Shown one piece after another: positions 13,804 to 28,620 of a DNA stretch of 64,000 nucleotides. A program made the translations under genes and the position numbers. The notes under the pieces are model-generated. The model saw only the letters and a list, made by a program, of their open reading frames with translations, had not been told where the DNA came from and made no database searches. The stretch lies in assembly GCA_964234715.1 (NCBI GenBank), contig OZ174279.1. The stretch is one strand, 5' to 3'. Each line of letters starts with the position of its first letter. Within the stretch, counting starts at the first letter, position 1. The DNA is from Podarcis melisellensis. Lineage: Eukaryota.

Positions 13804-14650
13804 TAGGCCTGGGTGATGTATCGCCCAGGACTGGTTTGAGGGCAGATCGCAATGGTGGCTGAAACTGCCACTGCTTCCGAGTCCCTCTCCCTTGGCGTGC
13901 TGGGTGCTGATAGCAGAGGGACGCAGGAGCGGTGGCGGTTTCCCAAAGATATACCACTGAGTGAAGCTGCTATCACAGTCTGCCCTACCGGCACAGAGGG
14001 AGAAGCAAGCTGCATCGGTGAGGCGTGATACAGCTTGGCTGAGGAGTGTGCCACTGCCCTTCCTTCAGCCAAGCAGTTTGACGGAGATCCTGACCACCAC
14101 TGGCTTGCACAAGGGGTGGGGGCTCCATTAAAGTGCTCCTGCTCACCAACTGAGGGAGCCCCATCCTTTTCCTGCTCACAGATGAGCAGGAAAAAGATGG
14201 AGCGCCCTCAGCTGGGTAGCGGGTTGCTTCGTGTCCCCCAGCAGCCTAACGGAGCCTCCAGCTTGTGCAAGCTGGAGATGGGGGGGGGGGCTCCCTTAGA
14301 CTTCTGTGCCAAGGCAGCAGGTCTCCCCTTGCCTCACCCGGGAGGGTGGGCTAGGTCTTTCCTTCTGGGGGAAGGCAGCCAGGCAGTGCAGAGGCTGCTG
14401 GGCCCAGCACTTGCTAGCCCTGCTCCACAAGGCGCAGATAGAGTGGCTTGCACCCTGTGCCTTGAGGAGTGGTGGTGATGCTGTGGGCCAGAGCCTGACA
14501 GGTGTGCACTTGGCTGCAGCCACCTGGCTGATTCCCTCCATCCCCAGTGCCAGGAGCAAGCTGTACTGGCCTCAGCTCCTGGCCAATGCAGCTTGTTTCT
14601 CCCTCCGTTCCAATATTGTGATGTTGAAAAGCTGACATCGCCCAGCCCTG
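13804..14650. mobile_element. Non-autonomous hAT-type MITE, copy 1
   Basis: TIRs TAGGCCTGGGTGATGT / ACATCGCCCAGCCCTG; perfect 8-bp TSD GTGCAGAT at 13796-13803 and 14651-14658. Confidence 0.85.
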
Positions 14651-14695
14651 GTGCAGATCACCAACAGATTTACCAGTAGGCAACTATCTACCCAC

Positions 14696-16604
14696 TAGGG
14701 CTGGGCGATGTTGAAACAAGGTGCATCGGCCCCAGCTGACGAGGCGCTGGGAGAAACTGCCTCAGCTCTCACGGTGGGAACTGAGGAGCGTCTTGTGGGC
14801 TGGGGACAATGCAGCTGGCCCCAGCCTGCTGCTTAGCTGGGGGGCAGAAAGCCCTGGCTTCCCAGCTGAGGGACCCTGACCTGGAAACTGCGCTTCCCTT
14901 GACAGGGAAGTTTAGAGGAAGCTCACCTCCGCATCAGAGCCCTGCTCTGCCTGGCTGCCTTCAGGCAGTGCTCCTTTCCCTGTTGAGGGGAGCACAGCCG
15001 TGCATCCCTCAGTAGAAGAGTGTGGTGGAGCCTGCACCTCCCTAGCTGAGCAGCCCTGATCCAGCTCCTGTGCAAGCAGGAACTGGGTTGGAGATCTCTC
15101 AGCTGGGAAGCAGGAGCACTTTAATGGAGCCCGGCAGCTACAAGCCACCAGCAGGTTGGGGACTCTGTAAAACTGCTTGGCTGAGGCAAGGGCAGCAGCG
15201 CACACCTCAGCCAAGCAGTTTAAAGAAGTGGAGGGAGGAACAAGCTATATTGGCACCTCAGCCAGGCAGCTTGTTTCAATCTCTGCTGCTATGAGGGGCA
15301 GACCATGGTGATGGTTTCACTCAGCCGTACAGTGGTGCCCCGCAAGACGAATGCCTCGCTAAACGAAAAACCCGCAAGATGAAAGGGTTTTCCGATTTTT
15401 AGCAGCTTCGCAAGACGAATTTCCCTATGGGCTTGCTTCGCAAGACGAAAGCCCATAGGGAAATCTCCGGGGACAGCGTGAAGCGCAGCGCGCCTTCTCC
15501 TCTGTTCCCGGACCTGTCCTAAGGCTTTCGGTGGGAGGTCCGGGAACAGAGGACAAGGCGCGAAGGTCTTCTCCTCTGTTCCCGGGGCTTTCGGTGGGAG
15601 GAGGGTTTTTCCTCCCCACCGCCAACATTCAGAACAGCATTCTGAATGTTGGCGGTGGGGAGGAAAGCCCTCCTCCCACTGCAAGCCTTCAGGACAGGTC
15701 CGGGAACCGAGGGGAAGGTGCGCAGCACTTCTCCTCTGTTCCCGGACCTGTCTTGAAGACTTGCGGTGGGAGGAAGGTTTTCCTCCCCACCGCCAACATT
15801 CAGAAGGCTGTTCTGAATGTTGGCGGTGGGGAGGAAAAACCCTCCTCCCCCGCCAGCCTTCATTAGAGTTCCCGCCTAGGCTGCGGATAGCAGCCTGCTG
15901 CCCCGCGCGCTGTTAAGTAGAGCGCCCCTCGCGCGGGGCAGATATTCGCCGCTTGGGGAGGCCTGCAGGGGAAGTCCTGCAGGGCTCCCCAAACTGCGAA
16001 TGTCTGCCCCGCGCGAGGGGCGCTCTGCTTAAGAGCGCCCCTCGCGCGGGGCAGCAAGCTGCTATCCGCAGCTTGGAGAGCCCTCTGGACCTCTTCTGAA
16101 GGCGGGCGGGGGGCAAAAGTCTTTGTCCCCCCTGCCTGCCTTCCCGGGGGCTTTTAAATCGCCCCGGGCAGCGGAGAAGTCTCCGCTGTCCCGGGAAGGC
16201 AGGCGGGGGGAAGCAAAGACTCCCCCCCCCCGCCGGCCTTCAGAAGAGGTCGGGGGACAGACTGTCCCCGGACCTGGTCTGAAGGCGGTTTCCATAGGAA
16301 CGCATTGATTGATTTTCAATGCATTCCTATGGGAAACCGTGCTTCGCAAGACGAAAAACTCGCAAGCCGAAAAGACTTGCGGAACGAATTAATTTCGTCT
16401 TGCGAGGCACCACTGTATATCACTGAGGAAACCACTGCCACTTGAGTCTCTCTGCCTCCAGCACCGGCAGCTTGTTTCTCCCTCAGCTGGGTGCTGGAGG
16501 CAGAGGGACTCGGTGGCGGTTTCACCAGTGATATACAGCTGAGTGAAACCGTCATTGCGGTCTGCCCCTCATACCGGTCCTGGGCGATCTATCACCCAGG
16601 CCTA
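14696..16604. mobile_element. Same hAT MITE family, copy 2, opposite orientation, interrupted by a Tc1/mariner MITE
   Basis: TIRs TAGGGCTGGGCGAT / ATCACCCAGGCCTA; TSD CTACCCAC (14688-14695) vs CTGCCCAC (16605-16612), 7/8; internal sequence is the reverse complement of copy 1. Confidence 0.8.
15330..16415. mobile_element. Tc1/mariner (Tigger/pogo-like) MITE, 1086 bp, GC/CpG-rich with internal palindromes
   Basis: TIRs CAGTGGTGCCCCGCAAGACGAA / TTCGTCTTGCGAGGCACCACTG flanked by TA at 15328-29 and 16416-17. Confidence 0.9.
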
Positions 16605-17015
16605 CTGCCCACTCCTGTTCTAGGCAGTGTAGGGCTCCTTTGTGTGACTCACAATCCCAAAATTTAGGAAGGCCTGATATTTATGCAGAACAGATGCTTA
16701 AGCGAAAACAGCTTATTTTTATATTACCTTGTATCTTGACATTACAGTAAACATTTACAGTGCTTGTTACTGGCAGATGTAGTTAAAGTGCAGGTGATTC
16801 TCGAAACAAGGTTTCTTCAGAAATCCATGATTGGTTTAATTTATTACTGACTGATTTAACATTTCATGTTTTAAAATTATGCCATTGTTCTTTATGCTAG
16901 TGTAGTAGTTTTGCTTTTAATAGCTGTCAGCTACTTTGAAGAAGTAGCTGGGCATAATTTTTTAAAAATAATTCATTATTTCACAAAGAAGAAACTGAGA
17001 AATTCTATTACTTAC

Positions 17016-17182
17016 AGGGTCCTGCATGGGGTGACTTAGAGGCTTGTCAAGAGCTGCCATGTTACTGGGCATGTCTGGAGGGTGTGACAACTGAGGAGGC
17101 CCATGCATGAAGTCATTCATAGAAGTTCCACCAGGATTCCCGTGTGGAAAATCAAAATTGCTGTGACCTTGGTAACTGTTAC
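17016..17182 (-). CDS. ZMIZ1: ZMIZ1 coding exon, 167 nt: [18 protein letters not shown]...[10 protein letters not shown]
   Basis: Acceptor gtctag|GT, donor CCT|gtaagt; translated by hand. Confidence 0.95.
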
Positions 17183-19140
17183 CTAGACAGCAGAAAGAGA
17201 GGGAGAGTTACTTTAAAAGAGTACTTCAAATCCACACCTTTACCCAAATACACAATGTGATCGTTGTACAAAAATAAGAGATAAGAGCTCTTTATATGGA
17301 AGTTAACATGATTGCCTCTTCATAGTCTAATATGTATTCTGACACACACATTATATAAGGAAAATATATAATAAATAAACCGTTGACTTGTAATGTGACT
17401 GCTCGCCTAACAAATGATTTCTTTGGAATACATTGTGTTCAAAAAGCGGAACCAGCATGTGTCAGTTAAAAAAAAAAAGTTTCAAAGGCTGCTTGCTCAG
17501 GCCATCTAATAAAAATGAAAATATAAGGAAAAATGGGATGGAGAAAGAGATGCAGACAAAAACATAAACCCCACATTTAACACACACTGAGATATATTCA
17601 GCAGTGTCTTTATCCCCTCTTCCCCTGTTACTACTCCTGACCTGGCCAACTGTCCCTCAAACCTATGCTAAAGGTCTGGGTCTTTTTTCTTTATTTCATT
17701 ACTCCTTGAGCATCTCAGTTAAATCTCTTAACTGCAATGGCAGCCCTTGTGGTTTAAATGCTGTGAACTAGGAACAGAACTAAAACTGCTAAGTTATTTC
17801 ACATAAGCCACTGAACAGGATCATGTTGAGCTTTGAAATAATAGGGCAGCTTTGCAGCTTGCCCAGAGGGGATACAGTTTTGTCAACTGAAGAGCAGCAG
17901 CTTTACAACAGACAAGCCAAAACAGAGTTTGATGGGACTTGAAGCATCTGCATCATTTGCTTTCCGGCACAAGCTCAATTTGAGGAGAAATTTAATCTCG
18001 GAGGAACAGAAGTCATTAGCTGTGTAAGACTATTTCTTGGGGAAGCGGAGGCTTTGATCTGTCATGTAAATACAGCAGAGCCTTGCTAATTCTCACTTTG
18101 CTAATCCGCAAACCGGCTAAGGCTGCCATCCCTTGCATGCTGACTCGGGGGTGCACCCCACTGAACGCAGTGGGGTTGGCTTCTAAGAAATATACATATG
18201 ATCAGGTTGCATGTCTTGCAGAGCTTAGCAGCCCCCACCCCCTTCCTTTCGCAGCACTGATTTAAGAGCAGGAAGCTCTTGTTACATGTCTCTTATGTAC
18301 ACATCACAATTTTCTACAAGTTGTAACGCAGTATGCTGAAATGTGAAGGTTAATGATTAAGTCTAAATCACCCGTGTGAAACTTGTTGATTAAAACCTTG
18401 CTCCATGATGCTTCTCTGTGGGGACCAAAGATCAGCAGGTAGAAAGGAAGGATGGCAATTTTGCTTAAACCCTGTCACTAAGCTTTTTTGCAAAAAAAAA
18501 GTATTTGTATTGATTTTTATTAAATATGCAAGAAATCATTACTGGAATTGTAAAGGCACACATTTCCTTAAATCATCTGGAACAATCAGACAACATGAAA
18601 GGAAGAAAAATAAACAAAAACACGCTCCCATTTCATACCATCTATTTTGCTGCATATACCTCAACTCTCACCAACCTAGTGCCCTCCTGGCGTTTTGGGC
18701 TACAGCACCGATCAGCCCCAACCAGCATGACCAATGGTCAGGAATGACAAGCGCTGTAGTTTGAAACATCTGAAGGGCACCAGGTTAGTATGTATGTGCT
18801 TCATAAACCAGCAGATAAGCATCTTCTGCACTTCTCTGCATGCCTGCACCACTGTAGAATCCTTTAAAAAATTGCATCTGATGCTTACTTCTTTTGTGAC
18901 ACATGGAAGTTCTCAAATAGCTCTATCTCCCCTCTCCCCACAGCAACATCAAGCCATTTTTCTCTTCGCTGTGTAATCTCCCTTCCAAACCATAAACAGA
19001 ACACCTGTGATCCCTGTCACTCAATTTAAGGACTGCCTACTGTTCTACCAATAGGATGCTTCACCAACCTGTTTCAGATCAACTGCCTGGAAGAGGAAGA
19101 TATGCTCACAACTGCTTCTGAGGTGGGCAGTAGATGGTTA

Positions 19141-19470
<330 letters not shown>

Positions 19471-20006
19471 CTACAGTGTCTCCTTGATAATGTACACACA
19501 CCCACACACCCCAGTAGAAGTTGCGATTCTTAAATTAGGTCCACAAACCCATTATCTGAAAAGCTCTGCTTGGATGGTTCAGAACCAACAAGCATGTCTG
19601 TTTACCCAGACAAATCCACAGCAGCATAAGCTTCTTTGTATAGCCTTGCAAAACTAGCTACGCTTTTCTTGTACTTTCATCTGCAAGCCACTTCTCTCCT
19701 TGGCCACTTAATAGGACTGTCATTGATGGGGTGAGGTTGTTAACAGCAAGTTAAATACAAAGTCACTTTACTGGGCCAAGCAGGCAGCAGATGTGCCACA
19801 AGTATAACCCACAGTAGACCTGCTTTGGATTTGAAGTGGCCAATGCCTATTTATTATTTCAGTTTGTTGTCTGTCTCCTCCTAGCTCAAAGACCTAAAGC
19901 TTAATTGAGTTCTGCACTTAAAATCAGTGCCCAGAAAAAACCTCCAGAGTAGAACAGCATCAAAAGCAAAGGGATTGCACATTTTCCAATGGTAAAGTTG
20001 CACTTA

Positions 20007-20177
<171 letters not shown>

Positions 20178-20913
20178 TTACAAGTAATATTTTTTTCTAA
20201 TTCTCATAATCTGAATTTAGATTGTATTTACATGGAGTTCATTTTGGTGTGGACTGTGAAGGGATTTAATCAGTAATTCTCAAACAACATCACTTGAGGT
20301 CTGTAGAGTGTGCGCACTTGTGAAATTCTAAGGAGGGATTGGTGCCTGAGACAGGTGGGGTCTTTTCCCAATCAAAGCAGAAGGAGACTGAATTTTCCTG
20401 GTAGTGGACCTTACTAATTCATGTTGGATTTGGAGAAAACTATCAAATCACAGCTTCAGAATTTGCAGAAAGGGACAGTCTTAGGTTAAGACAGAGACTG
20501 AAAACATCTTCAGAGAACCTTTCCCATATCGGCATGCTGCTATGGAACCCTTGTACATCATAAAGGGTTCTGCAGAATATGTAATGGCACACAATTCACA
20601 CAGGAACACTACTGTACATTTTACGTCCTCAATAATTTCGAGCCATTCCCCCCCCACAGGGATATCAAAGGAAAAGCCTTTATGCATTCCAAACCATTTG
20701 CTCTTCAAATGTCAAATGGGTCATCTCTCATAAAAAAGAAAACACACACCCTGAATTTTTAAAGTGGCATCTCCTATTTTTCTCTACGTTTTCATGCATC
20801 TTATTCAATCATCTCTTATTCTTCCTCCTCTTAAAACATATAATCTCAGTGGTTGCAAAAAAAAGTTTTTTAAAAAATTCTCACTGCAACTTATATTGAA
20901 TAGCCACACTTAC

Positions 20914-20981
20914 TTGCATACAGGACACCTCCACGTCCCTCGTTCACAGTTCAGCTGCAAGTAGGATTCCAGATCAAAGCA
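20914..20981 (-). CDS. ZMIZ1: ZMIZ1 coding exon, 68 nt: CFDLESYLQLNCERGTWRCPVC(N) (second half of MIZ finger)
   Basis: Acceptor ctacag|TGC, donor AA|gtaagt. Confidence 0.95.
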
Positions 20982-21300
20982 CTGTAGAACAAGAAGTCAG
21001 TGATATTAGCTACACAACTCTACTTTCAAATTGATTACTACTAATAATAAATTTCAAGTTCCTTGGTAATTAATAACAAATGCACTAAGGGATGAACAAA
21101 GAGGACTCATTGGAATTTATGTTCATGCTAAATTTATACTATTCTGAGGATTACTTTGAATTTGTGATCGACCAGGAAAGAGAAGCCCACACCACCCATG
21201 TATGGTGCTCCATTAGGGGCTTGATGGTTCTCCAGATTTTGCTGGGGTTTGCTGCGTGCTGTCAAGTGCTTGGCAGGCCACAATGCACGTTCAGCTGTCA

Positions 21301-21510
<210 letters not shown>

Positions 21511-21674
21511 TCAAGAAAGATGGCGTAAGGGGGTGAGAATACAATAAATACGGGGCACCATCTTAACATTGCTGCATGAATTCTGTGCCCCGTATAAAAT
21601 TCCCGAGACGGAATTGAGTTTCAGCCCTACATTTAGCTCATTCTATGAACATAAGCAGAGAACATACCACTCTA

Positions 21675-21806
<132 letters not shown>

Positions 21807-22140
21807 TCAAAATTAATTCATCTGTGTGGGGTACATCTGCCATTAAACCAATCAGAGATCCTGGCTTTGGGTACTATATTGCATGGTGGAGAGGCAGCTA
21901 CACAAAAAGACACAGCTCCTACCTTTAGGAATCCTTCCACCCGTTAAGATCATTAGGGAAAGCACAGTAGTTCAAATTCACCCCAAGAGATGCACTCCAC
22001 TGTCTCTAGAGACAGATGGACGCCAATGCCACCTCCCACCAGCCCCAGTAAATGTGGCCATTGACCAGGGATGATGAGAGTGCAGTTTAGCAACATCTGA
22101 AGGGCCTTTCCTACTAGGGATCTGATGGAACACTGCATCA

Positions 22141-22542
<402 letters not shown>

Positions 22543-25290
22543 TTAATTTGTTTTGTGCAACATGATACTGTTTTAAATTATTTGATAAATAAGCACATGA
22601 TACACATCTTGTATGGGCTGGTTATTTACATAAGGAAGAGTGTGGTGTTACATATTTTGAGAGTAGTAATAATATCGATACTTTACAGTTCAATACGACT
22701 TTTCATATGGTTGACCTCAAAGTGCTTTACGCAAAGGTGGGCTTCTAAGCAGCAGAGAGGGGGAAAGGTGCGGTCAGGAAGGTCCTCAAGAATTGGGATT
22801 TAGAAATGAGAAAGTAAAATGTGTTACCATAATCAAAGAGTAAATAGACAGTCTCATCCTGCCTAAATCACATTCCCTTCTGTTCACCAGAAAGCAACAC
22901 TAGAAAGGTGACCAGCAGAAAATAATAGACCCAAAAGTAAACACCATGCAGCAAGCACAAGCAGCAATCCTTTCCTGGTTGCCAGTTCAGTGTTTATTGC
23001 GAAGAAACACAGGCATTTAAACATGTGTGGTCCAATCACATTTGATAGTTCCACAGGTGTTTTTATCATTTAAACTTGGGCACATCTTCTGCCTGCTTAA
23101 AAAGCTACGTTGTGAATCAGCCCTGAAATGCCACTAAACATGAGTTTGCGTAAGGTACAAGTGCTCATGGCATTCTCTCACTCTGCTTTAGAAACAGGGA
23201 AGAAAAACATAGGAAGGTTAAAGATGAACTGAGATTTCATTTTCTCCTAATGTGCTGAAGCATCCAGAAAGAACCGGGATTACCTGTTGAAAGCTGAAAA
23301 GGAGAGCTGAAGAATTTGAAAGATGGCAGACCAAGACAGCAGAGTCTAGAGCTCTGCGATTCCCGAATTCTGGCACAGCCAGGAGGCCTTTGGAGGCTTT
23401 TGCTTTCTGCTGCTCTTAAATGCAGCTTGGTGCAACCAAACTGGGACTTGTGGTGCTGAAACAAGCCAGCTTAATAACCCGTGGCCTGAAGCTGGTATGA
23501 ATGATGTTGACTCCAGCCAGGATTTAAAGCAGGAATCCTGGTTTGAACAAAATGATAAGCTGCACTTAAAGGAATCAGAAAGGAGAAGTTTCTGAAGTCC
23601 TCCTGGTTACACCTGATGGGATGAGGGAGATTGTGAGCCAAACACCTACTGTGACTTGTGCAGAAGCACAACCGATCAGTGTTGGTTTTGGATCCATGCT
23701 AGTGGCTATGAGCCACTATAAAGCCAGTTGCAGCTCTGGCCCATCTGTGCCTTCATCAAGGGTTGTCCTCCTCCCCACTTGGCTGCCACACAGTGGTGAC
23801 AGTGTGTCCTGCACACATTGCCAGTGGGCCCCATCATACATTTGGCTCCCTAAAGAACATATGTTTGGCAGGCATAACAAATCCATAGTCCCCTGAAAGG
23901 GTGGGCTGAAGAGCAAAGGTGTATTGGGTTGGGGGTTTTCCACAAGAGCAAATTCCAATCAGATCTCAGCCATATGGTGCTTGTATAAACATAAGACAAG
24001 CAGCTTGAAGTAGAGAGCCAGGAAGTATTGGTTTTTTTATATGTTTATGGAAATACAATGGGTGGAATGTTCTTTAGTTAGCTGGCTAGAATGGGACCTT
24101 TGAGTGAAGGGCAGGCTATAAATAACTGAATTAAATATATGTTGTTATTTATTAAACGTTTTAAGAGTATTTGGCATACTTATAAATTATATCTACTAGA
24201 CTGTTTTTGTCTTACCATTGTGAGCTGCTTTGAGTATTGCTGTGTATGGTAAAGTGACCAAATAAAGCACAACCAACAAAACAATAATAAACATAATAAA
24301 GACAGTCTCAGCTACGGTTTCATGTCACTGTATCTCTTGCCACTGACAGCTGGTGTGTAATTATGGAACAGCCTCTCCATGGAGGCTTACCAGGCAACAC
24401 TTGTGCTGGAAGCTAAGACCACCTTATTTTCCCAGACTTTTTATTTTTGAGAGCCAAATTTTGATAAGACTGGTGTAACGGTGCTGTGCTATATTTTTAG
24501 GCTATTATGCCGGGATGGGGTTTTGTTTTTGTTTTTTGTTAAAAGGCTTTGAGGTGTCCCCCCTCCCCAAGGTATGCATGCCATTAATACTTCATGTGTA
24601 TCCAAAGCAAATCTGGTTGCCACCAAGTGTGGAGCTACTCTAAGACACTCAAAATCCTAACGCTTGGGTTCCTGGTCTGCCAATCTTAGTTATTGTGCTG
24701 CTATTATGGTGGCTGTTAATATATGTGCAATATTAAGATTAAAGCAATAAAATTGTTTCCATGGTGTTCTGTGCTGCCTGGATAAGTTGTGCAAGCTAAG
24801 AAGATGGATGTGTGTGTGTGCTCTCTCTCTGAACAATAGATGAGTGAACCACCACCGTCAACTTAAATTCTTATTTTTTTATGTCCTCACAAGAGAATTA
24901 AACACAATGTTATATTGGCATAAATTATTTCCAAGAGAAAAGTTGCATGATGCATAATAAAATCCTGCTGCTATAGCAGAATCAGCTAGAAGCCAAATAC
25001 TTCAATTTTAGGAAACATCTCCACCAATCTTCTTTCACCTGTTCTCAGCAAAGGGAGAGAGTCAGGACTTGTCTTAAAGGTTGTATTGTTGTCTGTTAGA
25101 TTTCTGAAGGAAGTGTGTACATGCTTCCGAACCACTGATTTAATACAGTCTGGATGTCAGAATGTGACCCTACTTCCCAAGGCAAAATAGGTTACAGCCT
25201 CCCCACCCAGCCACCAAAGGAAGAGAGCATCTCGCCTGCTATTTTGTTCTCGAGCCTTCAAGGTCTGCCCCGCGCCACTTCACAAACCTA

Positions 25291-25560
<270 letters not shown>

Positions 25561-26180
25561 CTATTCTGGCATTACCCTTCCACGCACATGCATGCAGTGA
25601 GACTGGGCTCACCCGCACCAGCCTTGCCCCTCTTGACTCCTCTCACCTTGCCTATAATGCAATGCTCAAGTTGGGAGTTCTGTGTTTATTTGAGAATCTG
25701 CTATATCTGACTTTACCCATCCTTTGCTAATAACTGCAAACCTCCCCCCCCCCCCCCCGCTTTCATCTTCAGAATAACCCTGTTATATTCCCTCTCTCCA
25801 CTGCCCAGAGCAACCCTGTGGGGAAGGTTAGACTGGGACACCATGACTGGCCAAAAGTCACCTAGTGAACACTGAGACTCACTGGTTTCCCCAGCCATAG
25901 GTCTAATCTGTTACACCATGCAGACTCTCAGTCACTTCCCTGCCTTGAGGTACAGAACTTGCTGTTGTATAGGGCAGCGAAAAAAGTTTACAGGTTTGAG
26001 CTCACTGTGCACAGGGATGGGGAAGAAAGAAGTAATGTCCTAGTGACCCTGAGGATGAACAGCCTGTTGCCCCTGGGCCTCAGAGAATTTTATCACAGTC
26101 CCACAGGTTTTGGCTTCTAACCCCAAGATCTTCTGCTTTCATGTTAAATGATAAATCTAGTTTTCCAGCCCATATGACTA

Positions 26181-26263
26181 CAGAGGTACCTCTAGTTGCA
26201 TTCCACTCGTGTTACGGAACAGCACCCCGAAATGGATTAAGTCCGCAACTAGAGGTACCACTG
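26181..26263. mobile_element. 83-bp Tc1/mariner (Tigger-like) mini-MITE
   Basis: TIRs CAGAGGTACCTCTAGTTGC / GCAACTAGAGGTACCACTG with TA on both sides. Confidence 0.8.
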
Positions 26264-26966
26264 TATAGAGATTTGTAAATATGCAGCAACAGTCAAACTC
26301 CTAGGTAACAAATACCCCGAGAATACAAATGAAAACAGTGTTTTAAGAGGCTCTTTGGACGTTACATTCCTTCAGGATTGTCGCTTGGCAGAGTGACTTG
26401 CACCTTGCAGCCAAATAGCCAAGATCCTACAGTTACTTGAATACGGGATTCCCCAAGGTCAGGGGAGATCCTGCATTGGCACAACTGTGGGACTGCCTAG
26501 CATGGCTGTGTACGTCTTCCTATAGTGGCAGGGGTGAGAGCACCTGAGAACCTGGCCCAGTATCACCCAAGGAGACTTTAAATAAGGCAAATAAAGGAAT
26601 ATATAAGTTGGAGGGGGGAATCCACCCTCCATTTCCCATTGCTGTACACTGCAGATCTCTTCCTCCATTATGACAATTTCAGCCTGATTCTATCTACTTT
26701 TATCCAGAAATAAGTTCTACTGATTTTGATTAGGCTTGCTTCCAGACAAGTATGCCAAAAACTGAAGCATTTATGTTTTCTTCTATTTAGTAAACCTTTC
26801 GTAAGGCTGCCGGTCACCCCATGTATCAATGGGCAATCAACATTTCTGTCTAGAAGGCAGCAAGCGGGCTGGTATTTACCGAGCAAAGTTTCTGTGACAT
26901 GCAGTTTGTGGAAAGGAGAAAACGGTTACGGGAAAAACTTTTGAGGAAGCTTCATTTGCTACTTAC

Positions 26967-27141
26967 TTGGAGGTGGTGGTAAAGCATTGATATTTGGTTT
27001 AATGTCAGGTGGGAATGGCGGTTTGACATCTTGATTAGGGGACAGGTATGGAGGAATATTGCTCCCTGGAGTCATAGGTGGTGTGGGGTTTCCTGGAACA
27101 GGTGAGTGAGGGTAATTCGCCACAGGAACAGGCCTTGATGG
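26967..27141 (-). CDS. ZMIZ1: ZMIZ1 coding exon, 175 nt: [22 protein letters not shown]...INALPPPP
   Basis: Acceptor ttttgcag|CCA, donor A|gtaagt. Confidence 0.95.
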
Positions 27142-28490
27142 CTGCAAAATGGTAATTGCAATTGAAAAGAGAAGAGAAGAAAATTATTGCAAGTGCCCCA
27201 CAGCAGTGGAATGTGAACTAAAACACCAGGCGATGCGAACATAGAAGTATTAACACAACATGCAATGACACAGGGAAGGTCTGTACAACTCTTGATCCAC
27301 CATGTCAAATGAAGCCCACCAGCCATATGTGGTAGCCAACCAGGGACTTAATCAACACCCTATTTTGCTGCCTGCCTGGGATACTATAGTGCCTACATTT
27401 AAAATAGGAAGAAGCAACAGCTTCTGGCTGGCCACAATACAAAGCTGATGAGCGCACTTTGCTTGGTAGATTAAGCCATGCAAGCCTAACACAGGGAGAT
27501 CTATAATTTGAGAACATTAGGACTTCCTGGCAGCTCTTGTCAAGCTGAGAAAGCTATTGCTCGAAATGTCACTGTAATCACACAATTACATTTTCTATAA
27601 GTAACAACCGCAAAACAGTTAAGAAGCGGGCCTCCAAAACGGTGAAAAACAGGAACACACTGAGGGGAAATAGAAACAGAAGTCTGGTGAGTGGAATTAT
27701 AACCACAAAGTCCTGATAAGCTGAGGCAAAGTCTTGCAACAAAGAAATGGAAACAGAAAAAAGTCGGCATTTTTAAAATGGAAGGAGATTCCCCTGTTCA
27801 AAGAGGGAAGGTGCTCACGAAGAAACTCGCAAGGAGGACTCCGAGGAAAGGATGGCACCACTCAAGGGAATAACACACAAATGAGAACATAGAAGGTGGC
27901 GGCTGTTAAAATGGCACACCCCCGCAGTCGAACAGAGGCAAAGGTAATAAACTCATTGTCTCAGAAAGTACGTCCATCAAACCCATCACAGAATCCAACG
28001 CAACAAAGCTAATACATTCCAAAGAAGCATACCAACTGGGGAAAATATCCTGAGGAGAGTGGGGAGCCAGCAGACAAAGAATTGCTTCCAAGTGGGCAGG
28101 AAAACAAGCTGGTGGATTCCAGGAGAGCCAGCCCTCAGTTAATCTTTCCTGCCTTTGACCACACGGTGGAGCCATACCCCTTGGTGATTACCTTCATTAC
28201 CCAATGAGAAATTGCAGCCGCTGCCTCTCAAAGTTTAGTTACAAATTACTGAACACTTTGACCTTATTATGCTGTTTCCTCACTCCTGCCACCATCGTCC
28301 AGTGATGTGGGTGTGGAAACACATGTACTACACAAAACAAAGCTGGAAGGAAATAACTCAGTATGGAGTGAATGTTTTAGCAACTCCTTGGTCCTTATAA
28401 CTTGTGGTTCTATGGTCAGTGGTCTCTCAGATTAGTTATTGTTACTTTTTACGCAGAAACTGGCTAAATGACTCATTGGCTCAGCATTGT

Positions 28491-28620
28491 AAAAAGCTCA
28501 ACAACTTAAACCCTAAACAAAGTTCAACAACTTCAATCCTAAAAAAAGCTCTACAACTTTGGAGTAAAAATCATAAAAAAAAGCTCAAGAACTTCAATCC
28601 TAAAAAAGGTTAACAACTTT
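28491..28620 (+). repeat. Degenerate ~22-25 bp tandem repeat (AAAAAGCTCAACAACTTCAATCCT-like), probably within a hAT MITE remnant ending near 28679
   Basis: About five imperfect units; downstream ggccctctttgattaaagtttggacagcactg resembles a hAT terminus. Confidence 0.6.

Noticed and set aside
15480-15860. CRISPR-like repeated palindromes
   Set aside because: No unique spacers and no cas genes; vertebrate DNA; the repeats lie inside a TIR-bounded MITE.
13670-16555. Dense overlapping ORFs on both strands, some with repeated peptides
   Set aside because: Products of GC-rich palindromic MITEs; no transposase motifs.
28192-28262. Possible functional version of the missing 78-nt exon
   Set aside because: Only 71 nt between weak splice sites, with an in-frame TAA and very weak similarity; at best a relic.
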